A stretch of 64,000 bases of DNA from an uncultured Ralstonia sp. (lineage in GTDB: Bacteria > Pseudomonadota > Gammaproteobacteria > Burkholderiales > Burkholderiaceae), in contig CBJMVH010000021.1 in NCBI GenBank assembly GCA_966433195.1, positions 1,259 to 65,258 of the forward strand. Direction: 5' to 3'. Under the pieces are notes generated by a model. It was given only the letters and a program-made list of their open reading frames with translations. It ran no database searches and was not told the origin of the DNA. Below, in pieces: positions 37,756-46,758 of the stretch (positions are counted from its first letter, which is position 1; each line of letters starts with the position of its first letter). The position numbers and the translations under genes were made by a program.

Positions 37756-39278
37756 TGGCTCGCGCTGTCCCCCGACAACCTAGCGGGTGGTTCGGCCGCA
37801 TTCGCAGCCTGTTCGGTCAGGCGCCGGTCCACGAGGCTGCCGGTCGAGGCCGGCGCTCGCTCGCCTGGATGCCGGGCAATCCGGGTGCGGTGGCGGCACT
37901 GCTCGCCAGCGGCACGGACCTGCGCATCAAGAGCCGCGACCTCGTCCGGCGCAACGCCTGGGCGCAGGCCGGCATCGAGGCGTTCGTCGCCAACGCGGTT
38001 GGCACCGGCATCAAGCCACAGAGTCTGGCCGCTGACGACGCCTTCAAGGCCGACGTGCAGGCGCTGTGGCGGGACTGGACCGAAGAAGCGGACGCGGCCG
38101 GTCAGACCGACTTCTATGGCCTGCAGGCGCTGGCCTGCCGGGCGATGCTCGAAGGCGGCGAATGCCTGATCCGATTGCGAGCGCGCCGCCCCGAGGATGG
38201 CCTGGTCGTGCCTCTGCAGCTTCAATTGCTGGAGGCCGAGCACCTGCCGATGAACCTGAACACCGATCTGCCGTCGGGCAACGTGGTGCGTGCGGGGATC
38301 GAGTTCGATGGCCTGGGCAGGCGCGTCGCTTACCACCTGTACCGCTCGCATCCGGACGACGGGTTGCTGGCGCCGATGTCGGGGCAGGGTGGCATGGACA
38401 CCGTACGCGTTGACGCCAGCGAGGTCATCCACCTGTACCGCGTGCTGCGGCCGGGCCAGATCCGGGGCGAGCCCTGGCTCTCGCGCGCACTGGTCAAGCT
38501 CAACGAACTCGACCAGTACGACGACGCGGAACTGGTGCGCAAAAAGACGGCCGCCATGTTCGCCGGCTTCGTCACGCGCCAGAACCCCGAAGACAACCTG
38601 ATGGGCGAAGGGTTGCCGGACGAAGCCAGCATCTCGCTGGTCGGGCTGGAACCGGGGACGCTGCAAATTCTGGAGCCCGGCGAGGACATCAAGTTCTCCG
38701 ATCCGGCCGATGTCGGTGGCTCGTACGGTGAGTTCCTGCGCACGCAGTTCCGCGCGGTGGCGGCGGCGCTCGGCATCACCTACGAGCAATTGACCGGGGA
38801 TCTCGCCGGCGTCAACTACTCGTCCATCCGCGCGGGACTGCTGGAGTTCCGCCGCCGCTGCGAGATGGTGCAGCACAGCGTGCTGGTGCATCAAATGTGC
38901 CGCCCGGTGTGGGCCGCGTGGATGAAACAGGCGGTGCTCGCAGGCAGCCTTGCAGCCCCGGGCTTCGCACGCGGCGGAGTCGCTCGCCGCCGCCAGTACC
39001 TGCAGGTGAAGTGGATTCCGCAAGGCTGGCAGTGGGTGGACCCCGAGAAGGAGTTCAAGGCGATGCTGCTGGCCATCCGCGCCGGCCTCATGAGCCGCTC
39101 GGAAGCCATCTCGACCTTCGGCTATGACGCCGAGGACATCGACCGGGAAATCGCCGCCGACAACGCCCGCGCTGACGCGCTCGGGTTGGTCTTCGATTCC
39201 GACCCACGCCATACCGCCAAGGATGGTGCCCCCGCAGCGTCGCGTGCAAACACCGGCGAATCCGTCGCCGCTGCCTGA
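37755..39278 (+). CDS. Portal protein (lambda family)
   Basis: SRDLVRRNAWA, GQIRGEPWL, VNYSSIRAG, WQWVDPEKE. Confidence 0.95.
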   Translation: MARAVPRQPSGWFGRIRSLFGQAPVHEAAGRGRRSLAWMPGNPGAVAALLASGTDLRIKSRDLVRRNAWAQAGIEAFVANAVGTGIKPQSLAADDAFKADVQALWRDWTEEADAAGQTDFYGLQALACRAMLEGGECLIRLRARRPEDGLVVPLQLQLLEAEHLPMNLNTDLPSGNVVRAGIEFDGLGRRVAYHLYRSHPDDGLLAPMSGQGGMDTVRVDASEVIHLYRVLRPGQIRGEPWLSRALVKLNELDQYDDAELVRKKTAAMFAGFVTRQNPEDNLMGEGLPDEASISLVGLEPGTLQILEPGEDIKFSDPADVGGSYGEFLRTQFRAVAAALGITYEQLTGDLAGVNYSSIRAGLLEFRRRCEMVQHSVLVHQMCRPVWAAWMKQAVLAGSLAAPGFARGGVARRRQYLQVKWIPQGWQWVDPEKEFKAMLLAIRAGLMSRSEAISTFGYDAEDIDREIAADNARADALGLVFDSDPRHTAKDGAPAASRANTGESVAAA

Positions 39279-39287
39279 AGGACTTTC

Positions 39288-40535
39288 ATGACCCTGTTGC
39301 CTCATCTGGCGACACGCCTCTTCGGCGTGCCGCTGGCGATCTATCGCCCCAAACTCGCCGTGATCCTGTCGGTGCTGGGCCCGCGCGTGGGCCTGGCCGA
39401 CCGGGCACCGCCGGCCGACTACACGCCTGTCGAGCACGCCCCCGTATGCGACCCATTGGGCGGCGATGCCCGCATCGCCGTGATCCCGATCCACGGCACG
39501 CTGGTGCGGCGCACCGTGGGACTGGAAGCCGAGTCGGGGCTGGCGAGCTACACCGCCATCGGCGACAAACTGGACGCGGCGCTGGCCGATCCGAACGTCG
39601 CCGCCATCCTGCTCGATGTCGACAGCCCCGGCGGCGAGTCGGGCGGTGTCTTCGATCTGGCCGACCGTATCCGCGCTGCCACCGCCGTGAAGCCGGTGTG
39701 GGCGGTGGCCAACGACATGGCGTTCTCGGCGGCCTACGCGCTGGCCTGTGCTGCGTCGCGGGTGTTTGTGTCGCGCACGGGCGGCGTCGGCTCGATCGGC
39801 GTGATCGCCATGCACGTCGACCAGTCCGCCAAGGACGCCCGTGACGGCATCCGCTACACAGCGGTGTTCGCCGGTGCCCGCAAGAACGACCTCAACCCGC
39901 ACGAGCCGATCACTGACGAAGCGCAGGCGCAGCTGCAAGCGGAGGTGAGCCGCATCTACGGGCTCTTCGTAGCGACCGTGGCCACGTGTCGCGGCATCAC
40001 GCCCGAGGCTGTGGCGGCCACCGAGGCAGGCCTCTTCTTCGGCCAGGACGCGGTTGCCGCAGGACTGGCTGACGCTGTCGGCACGTTCGACGACGCACTC
40101 GTCCAGCTCACCCAATCCCTTGCTGTGCCCGCGCCGGCCACAAGCGTGCGCAACCCTTCTCTCAACCTCCAAATGGACGTTTCCATGAACGCTCAACCAG
40201 ATCCCGCCGCGCTTGGCGCCACCGTGCAATCACCGGCCGACACCTCGCCATCAGCGCCGCCGGCACCTGCCGCCGCCAGCCACGCCGACGCCGTGGAGAT
40301 CGCCCAGCTGTGTTCGCTGGCCGGTCGCACGGACCTGATCGCGGGCTTCCTCGAAACCCGTGCCACGCCCGAGCGTGTGCGCAGCCAATTGCTTGCTGCA
40401 CGGGCCGAGGCCTCGCCCGAGATCGCCAGCCGCGTCGATCCGCAACTGCCGACCTTGTCCGCTGACGCCGGTCATCCGGCGTCTCCCCGCAACCCCTTGG
40501 TCCAGGCCGTCAAGCGCCGCCTGGGCATCCAGTAA
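39288..40535 (+). CDS. S49 family capsid maturation protease/scaffold
   Basis: LDVDSPGGE, AFSAAYALA, GSIGVI; Ala/Pro-rich scaffold-like tail. Confidence 0.9.
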   Translation: MTLLPHLATRLFGVPLAIYRPKLAVILSVLGPRVGLADRAPPADYTPVEHAPVCDPLGGDARIAVIPIHGTLVRRTVGLEAESGLASYTAIGDKLDAALADPNVAAILLDVDSPGGESGGVFDLADRIRAATAVKPVWAVANDMAFSAAYALACAASRVFVSRTGGVGSIGVIAMHVDQSAKDARDGIRYTAVFAGARKNDLNPHEPITDEAQAQLQAEVSRIYGLFVATVATCRGITPEAVAATEAGLFFGQDAVAAGLADAVGTFDDALVQLTQSLAVPAPATSVRNPSLNLQMDVSMNAQPDPAALGATVQSPADTSPSAPPAPAAASHADAVEIAQLCSLAGRTDLIAGFLETRATPERVRSQLLAARAEASPEIASRVDPQLPTLSADAGHPASPRNPLVQAVKRRLGIQ

Positions 40536-40544
40536 CCGAGACCC

Positions 40545-40922
40545 ATGGCTGTTCTACAAGAACCCCTCAATCTTGGCGACCTCCTCAAGTACGAGGCGCC
40601 CAACCTGTACTCGCGCGAGCGCGTCACCGTGGCCGCCGGCCAGAGCCTGCCGCTGGGTGCCGTGGTCGGCATGGTGACGGCCACGGGCAAGGTCAAGCAG
40701 ATCGACCCGTCCGCGACCGACGGCAGCCAGTACGCCGCTGGCGTGCTGATGCAGGCGTGCGACGCCCACCTGGCTGATCGTGATGACGGCCTGATGGTGG
40801 CGCGCCACGCCATCGTTGCTTCTCACGCGCTGCATTGGCCGGCCGGCATCGCCGCCGTCGAGCAGCAGGCCGCGATGGCGCAACTCAAGGCACTGGGTGT
40901 CCTGGTCCGCGTCGGTGCGTAA
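40545..40922 (+). CDS. Head decoration protein
   Basis: LGDLLKYE...YSRERVTV...LGAVVG; position between protease and capsid. Confidence 0.85.
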   Translation: MAVLQEPLNLGDLLKYEAPNLYSRERVTVAAGQSLPLGAVVGMVTATGKVKQIDPSATDGSQYAAGVLMQACDAHLADRDDGLMVARHAIVASHALHWPAGIAAVEQQAAMAQLKALGVLVRVGA

Positions 40923-40942
40923 CCATTGGGGCCTGATCGATC

Positions 40943-41947
40943 ATGCAGAATCCCTTCACCAATCCTGCCTTCTCGATGGCGTCGATGACGGCGGCCATCA
41001 ACCTGATCCCGAACCGGTACGGGAAGCTTGAGGCGATGAACCTCTTTGCGCCCAAGCCGGTGCGCATGCGCCAGATCATTGTGGAGCAGCGCGAGGGCGT
41101 GCTCACCCTGTTGCCCACGTTGCCTCCGGGCTCGCCCGGCACGGTCGGCACCCGAGGCCGGCGCAACGTACGCTCGTTCGTCATCCCTCACATCCCACAC
41201 GATGACGTGGTGCTGCCCGAAGCCGTGCAGGGCTTGCGCGCGTTCGGCTCGGAGACTGAACTGGAATCCGTGTCCAACGTAATGGCCGAACGCCTGGAGA
41301 CGATGCGCAACAAGCATGCCATCACCCTGGAGCACTTGCGCATGGGGGCGCTCAAGGGCGAGATCCTCGATGCGGATGGCTCCACCCTCTACAACCTGTT
41401 CGAAGAGTTCGGCATGGAGCCGAAGGTGGTGAATTTCGAGTTGGGCGCCGACAAGACCGAAGTCCGCAACAAATGCACGGACGTGCTCGGCATGATCGAG
41501 GATTCCCTGCTCGGCGAGGTCATGACCGGCGCACACTGCCTGTGCTCTACCGACTTCTTCAAGGCACTGGTCAGCCACAAGACGGTCAAGGAAGCCTATT
41601 CGCGCTGGAAAGAAGGCGTGGTGCTGATCAACGACATGCGTCGTGGTTTCGAGTTCGGCGGCGTCACTTTCGAGGAGTACCGGGGCAAGGCGTCTGATGC
41701 GGCTGGCCGCGTGCGCAGCTTCATTGCGCCGGGCGAGGCGCATGTGTTCCCCCTGGGCACCCTCGACACCTTCGCCACCTACTTCGCGCCGGCCGACTTC
41801 AACGAGACGGTCAACACCCTAGGCCAGCCGCTGTACGCCAAGCAGGAGCCGCGCAAGTTCGAGCGGGGCACCGACGTGCACACCCAGTCCAACCCGCTGC
41901 CGATGTGCTTGCGCCCCGGCGTGCTGGTCAAGCTGACGATGGGGTGA
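40943..41947 (+). CDS. Major capsid protein (lambda gpE family)
   Basis: TLEHLRMGALKG, FAPADF, TQSNPLPMC.RP. Confidence 0.92.
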   Translation: MQNPFTNPAFSMASMTAAINLIPNRYGKLEAMNLFAPKPVRMRQIIVEQREGVLTLLPTLPPGSPGTVGTRGRRNVRSFVIPHIPHDDVVLPEAVQGLRAFGSETELESVSNVMAERLETMRNKHAITLEHLRMGALKGEILDADGSTLYNLFEEFGMEPKVVNFELGADKTEVRNKCTDVLGMIEDSLLGEVMTGAHCLCSTDFFKALVSHKTVKEAYSRWKEGVVLINDMRRGFEFGGVTFEEYRGKASDAAGRVRSFIAPGEAHVFPLGTLDTFATYFAPADFNETVNTLGQPLYAKQEPRKFERGTDVHTQSNPLPMCLRPGVLVKLTMG

Positions 41948-41949
41948 CC

Positions 41950-42252
41950 ATGGACATCGTGACCACCCTCTATGAAGCCGCCGCCAACGCAGGGCTGTTG
42001 AAGGCGTGCGTCTGGCGGCCGTCCGACGGCAGCCCGGCGCGCACCAACATGGTGGGCTTCGCCGCACCCGACGAGACGCTGCTCGATGGCCTGACGGTCA
42101 GCACCGAGTATGTAATGTCCTATCCCGCCACGATTCTTACGGGGCTTGGTCCCCGCGAGACGGTCGAGATCGCTGGTGCGCTCTTCCAGGTGCGGGATCT
42201 GCGGGCTGTGGGCGACGGCTCCGAGATCCGTGCCAGGCTCACCCGCCTGTAA
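41950..42252 (+). CDS. Head-tail connector/closure protein
   Basis: Position after the capsid; GDGSE.RA.L C-terminus. Confidence 0.65.
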   Translation: MDIVTTLYEAAANAGLLKACVWRPSDGSPARTNMVGFAAPDETLLDGLTVSTEYVMSYPATILTGLGPRETVEIAGALFQVRDLRAVGDGSEIRARLTRL

Positions 42253-42704
42253 TGCCGCTGGCAGTCACCTCGGTCCGCGAGCGGATTTTGCTCGCGGTGT
42301 TGTCGGCCGTCCGCGCCCCGGCGCAGGCGCTTGGCGCCACGCTGCACCGTACGCCTGCCATCGCCATCGCGCGGGAGCAGTGTCCGGCGCTGGTGGTGCA
42401 CCCCGAGAGCGATGGGATCGCCAGCCGGGCCAATGACCGGGTCACGCGCGAGCTGACCATCCGCATGACGGCGCTGGCCCGTGCGGTGCCACCCGCCTCG
42501 CCGGAAACGGCGGCGGATGCACTGCTGACCGCCGCCCACGCTGCGCTGATGACCGACGTGAATCTCGGCGGCTTGGCGCTCGGCATTCACGAACTGGACT
42601 GCGAGTGGGACGTGGAGGACGCCGACGCCGTGGCGGCGGCCATGCCGGCGCGCTACCGCATCACCTACCGGACCTTGGTCGCCGATCTGGCGACCGTTGC
42701 CTGA
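42252..42704 (+). CDS. Tail completion-like protein
   Basis: SVRERIL...PALVV.PE...YRITYRT; position. Confidence 0.6.
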   Translation: MPLAVTSVRERILLAVLSAVRAPAQALGATLHRTPAIAIAREQCPALVVHPESDGIASRANDRVTRELTIRMTALARAVPPASPETAADALLTAAHAALMTDVNLGGLALGIHELDCEWDVEDADAVAAAMPARYRITYRTLVADLATVA

Positions 42705-42826
42705 AGCGTTTCCGGCCCCGGATGTATCCGCCAACCCTGGCGCTGCAGCAGCACTTCGAGCACCCCGTTCGGGCCGCGCTCACCCCCGTACCCAATTCTG
42801 CGTAACGCAAAAAAATCCCCTCAATC

Positions 42827-43600
42827 ATGAGTACCTATGCCTCCTTCCAAGGGCGCGTTTTTCTCGGCAAGCGAGATGCCGCGGGCGTCCCCTACGAGGT
42901 GCGCTCACCTGGCAACGTGGCCGAGCTGAAGCTGTCCCTCAAGACCGACGTGCTGGAGCACTATGAAAGTCAGACCGGCCAGCGCACGCTGGATCACCGA
43001 ATGGTCAAGCAGAAGTCGGCCACGCTCAATCTGACCATCGAGGAGTTCACCAAGGACAACCTCGCGCTGGCGCTGTACGGCAATCACGTCACCGGCACGG
43101 GCGGCGCCGTCAATGACGAGCCGGTCGGCGGCGCGACGCCGCAGGTGGGCGATCGCTACTTCCTTGCCCACCCCAAGGTGTCGAATCTGATCGTCAAGGA
43201 CAGCAGCGCCCAGCCCGTGGTGCTGGTGGCCGGCGTCGACTACACCGCCGATCTGGACTTCGGCTCGATCCAGTTCTTGCGTCTGGATGATGGCGAATCG
43301 CCGCCGCAGCCATATGTGAAGCCGTTCAAGGCGAGCTATGCCTACGGTGTGACCACCGAGATCGGCATCTTTACGCAGCCGTTGCCCGAGCGCTATCTGC
43401 GCCTGGAAGGGCTCAACACCGCCCAGGGCAACGCCCGCGTGCTGGTCGAACTGTATCGGGTGGCGTTCGATCCGCTCAAGGAGCTTTCCCTCATCTCGGA
43501 CGAATACAACAAGTTCGAGATGGAGGGCTCGCTGCTGGCCGACGCGACCAAGCCGTTTGACGCGGTGCTTGGTCAGTTCGGCCGCATCGTGCAGCTGTGA
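42827..43600 (+). CDS. Major tail tube protein
   Basis: YASFQGRVFLG...GNVAELKLSLKT...LELYRVAFDP-like pattern; precedes chaperones. Confidence 0.72.
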   Translation: MSTYASFQGRVFLGKRDAAGVPYEVRSPGNVAELKLSLKTDVLEHYESQTGQRTLDHRMVKQKSATLNLTIEEFTKDNLALALYGNHVTGTGGAVNDEPVGGATPQVGDRYFLAHPKVSNLIVKDSSAQPVVLVAGVDYTADLDFGSIQFLRLDDGESPPQPYVKPFKASYAYGVTTEIGIFTQPLPERYLRLEGLNTAQGNARVLVELYRVAFDPLKELSLISDEYNKFEMEGSLLADATKPFDAVLGQFGRIVQL

Positions 43601-43998
43601 GGCCGGCCGTGGAGGATCTGGACAAGTTGATCCCGCAGCCGGCCGACCTCGCCGTGGGCGGGGAGACACTCGCCATCCGGCCGCTCAGGGTGGGGCAACT
43701 GCCCGCCTTCCTGCGCGCGGTCTTGCCGACGCTGCAACAATTGAAGGCCCCGCAGATCGACTGGCTCTCGCTCTTCATCGAGCGTGGCGACGACCTGTTG
43801 CAGGCCGTCGCCATTGCGGTGGACAAGCCGCGTGCGTGGGTCGACACGCTCGCGGCCGACGAGGCGATCCTGTTGGCCGCCAAGGTGATCGAGGTGAACG
43901 CGGATTTTTTTACCCGGACGGTGCTGCCGAGGCTCGAAGGACTGTTCGCGCAGGTCACGCAGGCGACGGCGTCTGGTTCGACGCCATCCAGCGTTTGA
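43597..43998 (+). CDS. Tail assembly chaperone (gpG-like)
   Basis: GTG start overlapping the tail tube stop; contains the slippery heptamer at ADFF. Confidence 0.72.
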   Translation: MRPAVEDLDKLIPQPADLAVGGETLAIRPLRVGQLPAFLRAVLPTLQQLKAPQIDWLSLFIERGDDLLQAVAIAVDKPRAWVDTLAADEAILLAAKVIEVNADFFTRTVLPRLEGLFAQVTQATASGSTPSSV

Positions 43999-44216
43999 TC
44001 GATCACGGTCACCGTCTGCCTGACATCCTCGACTACACGCTGGCACAGATGCGCGACTTCGTTGCGGCTACCGTGCGATCTGATGCGACGCGCGATGCGC
44101 GACTGCTGTCGCTGATTGCCATCGGCTCTCGCGGAGATGCCCGCAATCTGGACCAGACGCTTGATCGCCTCACCAGCCAAGCCACAGACCATGCGCATGT
44201 CCGTTCGAGTCGATAG
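43905..44216 (+). CDS. -1 frameshift extension of the tail chaperone (gpGT-like)
   Basis: T TTT TTT at 43905-43911; -1 frame open to 44216 (DAIQRLIDHGHRLPDILDYTLAQ). Confidence 0.65.
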   Translation, partial: FFYPDGAAEARRTVRAGHAGDGVWFDAIQRLIDHGHRLPDILDYTLAQMRDFVAATVRSDATRDARLLSLIAIGSRGDARNLDQTLDRLTSQATDHAHVRSSR

Positions 44217-44835
44217 CGCCGCAGCGCAGGCGCAGCTGCGCCGCTGGGGCGGGGACTTCCGAGCCAAGGCCCGGAAGGCGGCGGCGCGTGCCATGGCTGG
44301 CGAGGCGGCCGAACTCAAGCAGGCGGTGCGCGACCATGTCGCTGGTCAGATGCGGGTGGTCAAGCGCTCGTTTCTCAAGGGCTTCACCGCCAAGGTACTA
44401 GATCGCGACCCGAAGCGTTTGCCGGCGCTCTATGTGGGTTCACGCATCCCGTGGTCGGGCGTGCACGAGCGAGGCGGTGTGATTGCGGGCCGGCTGCTGA
44501 TTCCGCTGTACGGGCGGATGGGCCGAAAGCGCTTCAAGGCGCAGATCGCCGAGCTGATGCGCGGAGGCAATGCGTACTTCATCAAGAACGACAAGGGGAA
44601 CGTCGTGCTAATGGCCGAGAACATCCGGGAGCACGATCGACCGCTGGCCGGTTTCAAGCGTCGCTATCGCAAGGCCGAAGGTGTCCAGCGCATCAAGCGC
44701 GGCGCGGATATTCCGATTGCGGTACTGGTGCCGCGCGTCGTACTGAGGAAGCGGTTGGACATTGAACAACTGGTGGCGCGACGCATTCCGCGTCTGGCCG
44801 CCGCCGTGGAGGCGCAGATCCGGCAGGTGAACTGA
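44191..44835 (+). CDS. Phage tail-region protein (DUF6441-like)
   Basis: Basic 214-aa ORF; IPIAVLVPRV.LRKRLD. Confidence 0.65.
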   Translation: MRMSVRVDSAAAQAQLRRWGGDFRAKARKAAARAMAGEAAELKQAVRDHVAGQMRVVKRSFLKGFTAKVLDRDPKRLPALYVGSRIPWSGVHERGGVIAGRLLIPLYGRMGRKRFKAQIAELMRGGNAYFIKNDKGNVVLMAENIREHDRPLAGFKRRYRKAEGVQRIKRGADIPIAVLVPRVVLRKRLDIEQLVARRIPRLAAAVEAQIRQVN

Positions 44836-44868
44836 CCGGTGTGCGCCTCCCGGTGGGTAATAGGGCAA

Positions 44869-45156
44869 TCAGGCGATCAGGAATTTGTCGCGGTTCTTGC
44901 CGATCCAGGCGGGTGCGCGGCCACGGCCAGTCCACGTGGCGCCGGTCTTGGGGTCGCGGTATTTGGGGGCGACCGGAGCCTTGGTGGCACGCTTGCCGCG
45001 CTTCGAGGCAAAGCCGATGTCTTCGGCGGTGAGGCCGTATTCCAGGACGATCTGGCGCACTTGCGCCGTGACCTCGGCCAGTTCCTTCTGGCGGGCGGCT
45101 TCAAGTTGTTCTTCGAGTTTTGCTTTCTGGGCGAGAAGATCTTTGTAAGTTGCCAT
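44869..45156 (-). CDS. hns: H-NS family nucleoid protein (prophage moron)
   Basis: N-terminal coiled coil; KYRDPKTGATWTGRGRAPAW DNA-binding signature. Confidence 0.93.
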   Translation of the reverse strand: MATYKDLLAQKAKLEEQLEAARQKELAEVTAQVRQIVLEYGLTAEDIGFASKRGKRATKAPVAPKYRDPKTGATWTGRGRAPAWIGKNRDKFLIA

Positions 45157-45367
45157 GAGATTTCCCCGAGAGGGTTGTTGTAGTCAGAAATAGCTAGGCT
45201 TCTGATTATTGCTGTCGCCTGCAATCAAGCAGCGACAGCGACTCGCACATTCTAAATTCGAAGCGTGGCATTTGTGCAGTTTCAGAAGTGTTTAATGTCC
45301 GATTCGTAAGGTGCGATACTTCGGCCCGTGCTGCCGTAAGTGGACGGCCGGGACGTACGCTCGCAGG

Positions 45368-46441
45368 CTACTTGGGCAAGCCGACGAACTTGAAGCCATC
45401 GCCGTTCGGTTCGAACGTAACGAGCTTGAAGCCAAGTTCCTTGCAGCGCTCCTGGCGAGCCTGATACTTCGTCGAACTAGGCAAAACAAGGAACTTACGA
45501 ACGGAGTATGACTGGAACTCCCCTTCCAGCGATCTTCCATTGAATACAAGCTGCCCGATTGCGGTGTAAATGCTTTGGCTTCCGGACGCCGGCTTTACCT
45601 CAAAGAGATCAATGGTGCGACGGCGGCGGACTATGAGGTCGGCTGCCTGACATTTCAACGCTTCCCCGCAACCGTCTAGCGCCTTGCGTAGAGCCTTCAC
45701 GACACGCCCATGCGTCCAATCCATAACGATCTCTCCTTTTCGCTTAACGACGCGAGTGCCAGCAAATTCGTCTCGATATTCAGACAAGGCCAAGTCCAAA
45801 CGCGTCTTGGCATGCGCTCCGCTTTTTCGTTTCGCATTGGGTTTGTCATCGGGGCGACGGGCAGGCATTTCCTGGTCCGCGGCAAGCGTTGCGGCGTCGC
45901 GCATTGCCCCCGCGAATCGATGAATCTTCGCAACCAGTCGATCGTCGTCCAGTGCTGCGACTACCTGCAAATCCACCTTGTACGGCTTGACGGCAGAATC
46001 GGCGGACACTGTCTTGCGCCAATTCAGGTGCCTCAACACCTCGCTCTTTTGAACTCGAGACGTTCCCCTGGTGACAATGCCCCGGTGCGCTAGGAATGCT
46101 CGCCCATTGCGATCTTTGACGAATGCTCCGCCTTTCCGACGGCTGAATCGACCATTAGGGAAATTAAACTGAAGATCGATCAAAAGCGGATCGCGACGGT
46201 CTGGAACGTGACGCCCAACGAGCGTTATGAAGTCCCCTGTCTTCTTGTTTTTTCCACTATAAACCCAAAGCTCCTCGCGAACTGTCGCGGGTGCGAGGCG
46301 CACCTTGGCTTCAAAGTGACCAGCGGGGGTTCCAATGCGAAATAGCCCTCCTTCACGTGTACTTTCTTGCAGTCTTTTTTTGAGCTGCTGGTTAAAACGT
46401 GCAATTTCTGCCGGCTCTGTCACCTCACTCCAGTTCCCCAT
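45368..46441 (-). CDS. Hypothetical protein with C-terminal PD-(D/E)XK-like nuclease domain (moron)
   Basis: ADLIV...LFEVK...IYTAIGQL; lower GC; start 46441 chosen for RBS GGAG (track ORF extends to 46606). Confidence 0.7.
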   Translation of the reverse strand: MGNWSEVTEPAEIARFNQQLKKRLQESTREGGLFRIGTPAGHFEAKVRLAPATVREELWVYSGKNKKTGDFITLVGRHVPDRRDPLLIDLQFNFPNGRFSRRKGGAFVKDRNGRAFLAHRGIVTRGTSRVQKSEVLRHLNWRKTVSADSAVKPYKVDLQVVAALDDDRLVAKIHRFAGAMRDAATLAADQEMPARRPDDKPNAKRKSGAHAKTRLDLALSEYRDEFAGTRVVKRKGEIVMDWTHGRVVKALRKALDGCGEALKCQAADLIVRRRRTIDLFEVKPASGSQSIYTAIGQLVFNGRSLEGEFQSYSVRKFLVLPSSTKYQARQERCKELGFKLVTFEPNGDGFKFVGLPK

Positions 46442-46758
46442 GGTCTTCTCTCCTAACGTTTTCGCGACATTGTAATTGTCCATAGTGACTTCGTTCCGGT
46501 TCCTGCCTCCTGTGAATGCGATAGCTGCCGAGGCCTTCTGTTTATAGATTTCATGGGGTTGCTTCCGGAGTAGTGAAAGGAAACTATGTCGCGTGTATCT
46601 CATCACAATGCTGAACGTGCTCTCGTCCCAGTAGGCCGCCCTTTGATTTCAGGGCTAGCGCTTGGAGATTTGTTTGGCACGGGCAATCAGTGCCGCCATT
46701 TCTTCTAGATCCAGCGCGCTCTGGTCGGACATAAAACCTCCGGAACAGATCTTCACCA

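Noticed and set aside
37476-40229. 917-aa minus-strand ORF, and other long antisense ORFs such as 54567-56423 and 27264-28358
   Set aside because: Shadow frames opposite well-supported GC-rich genes; no recognisable motifs.
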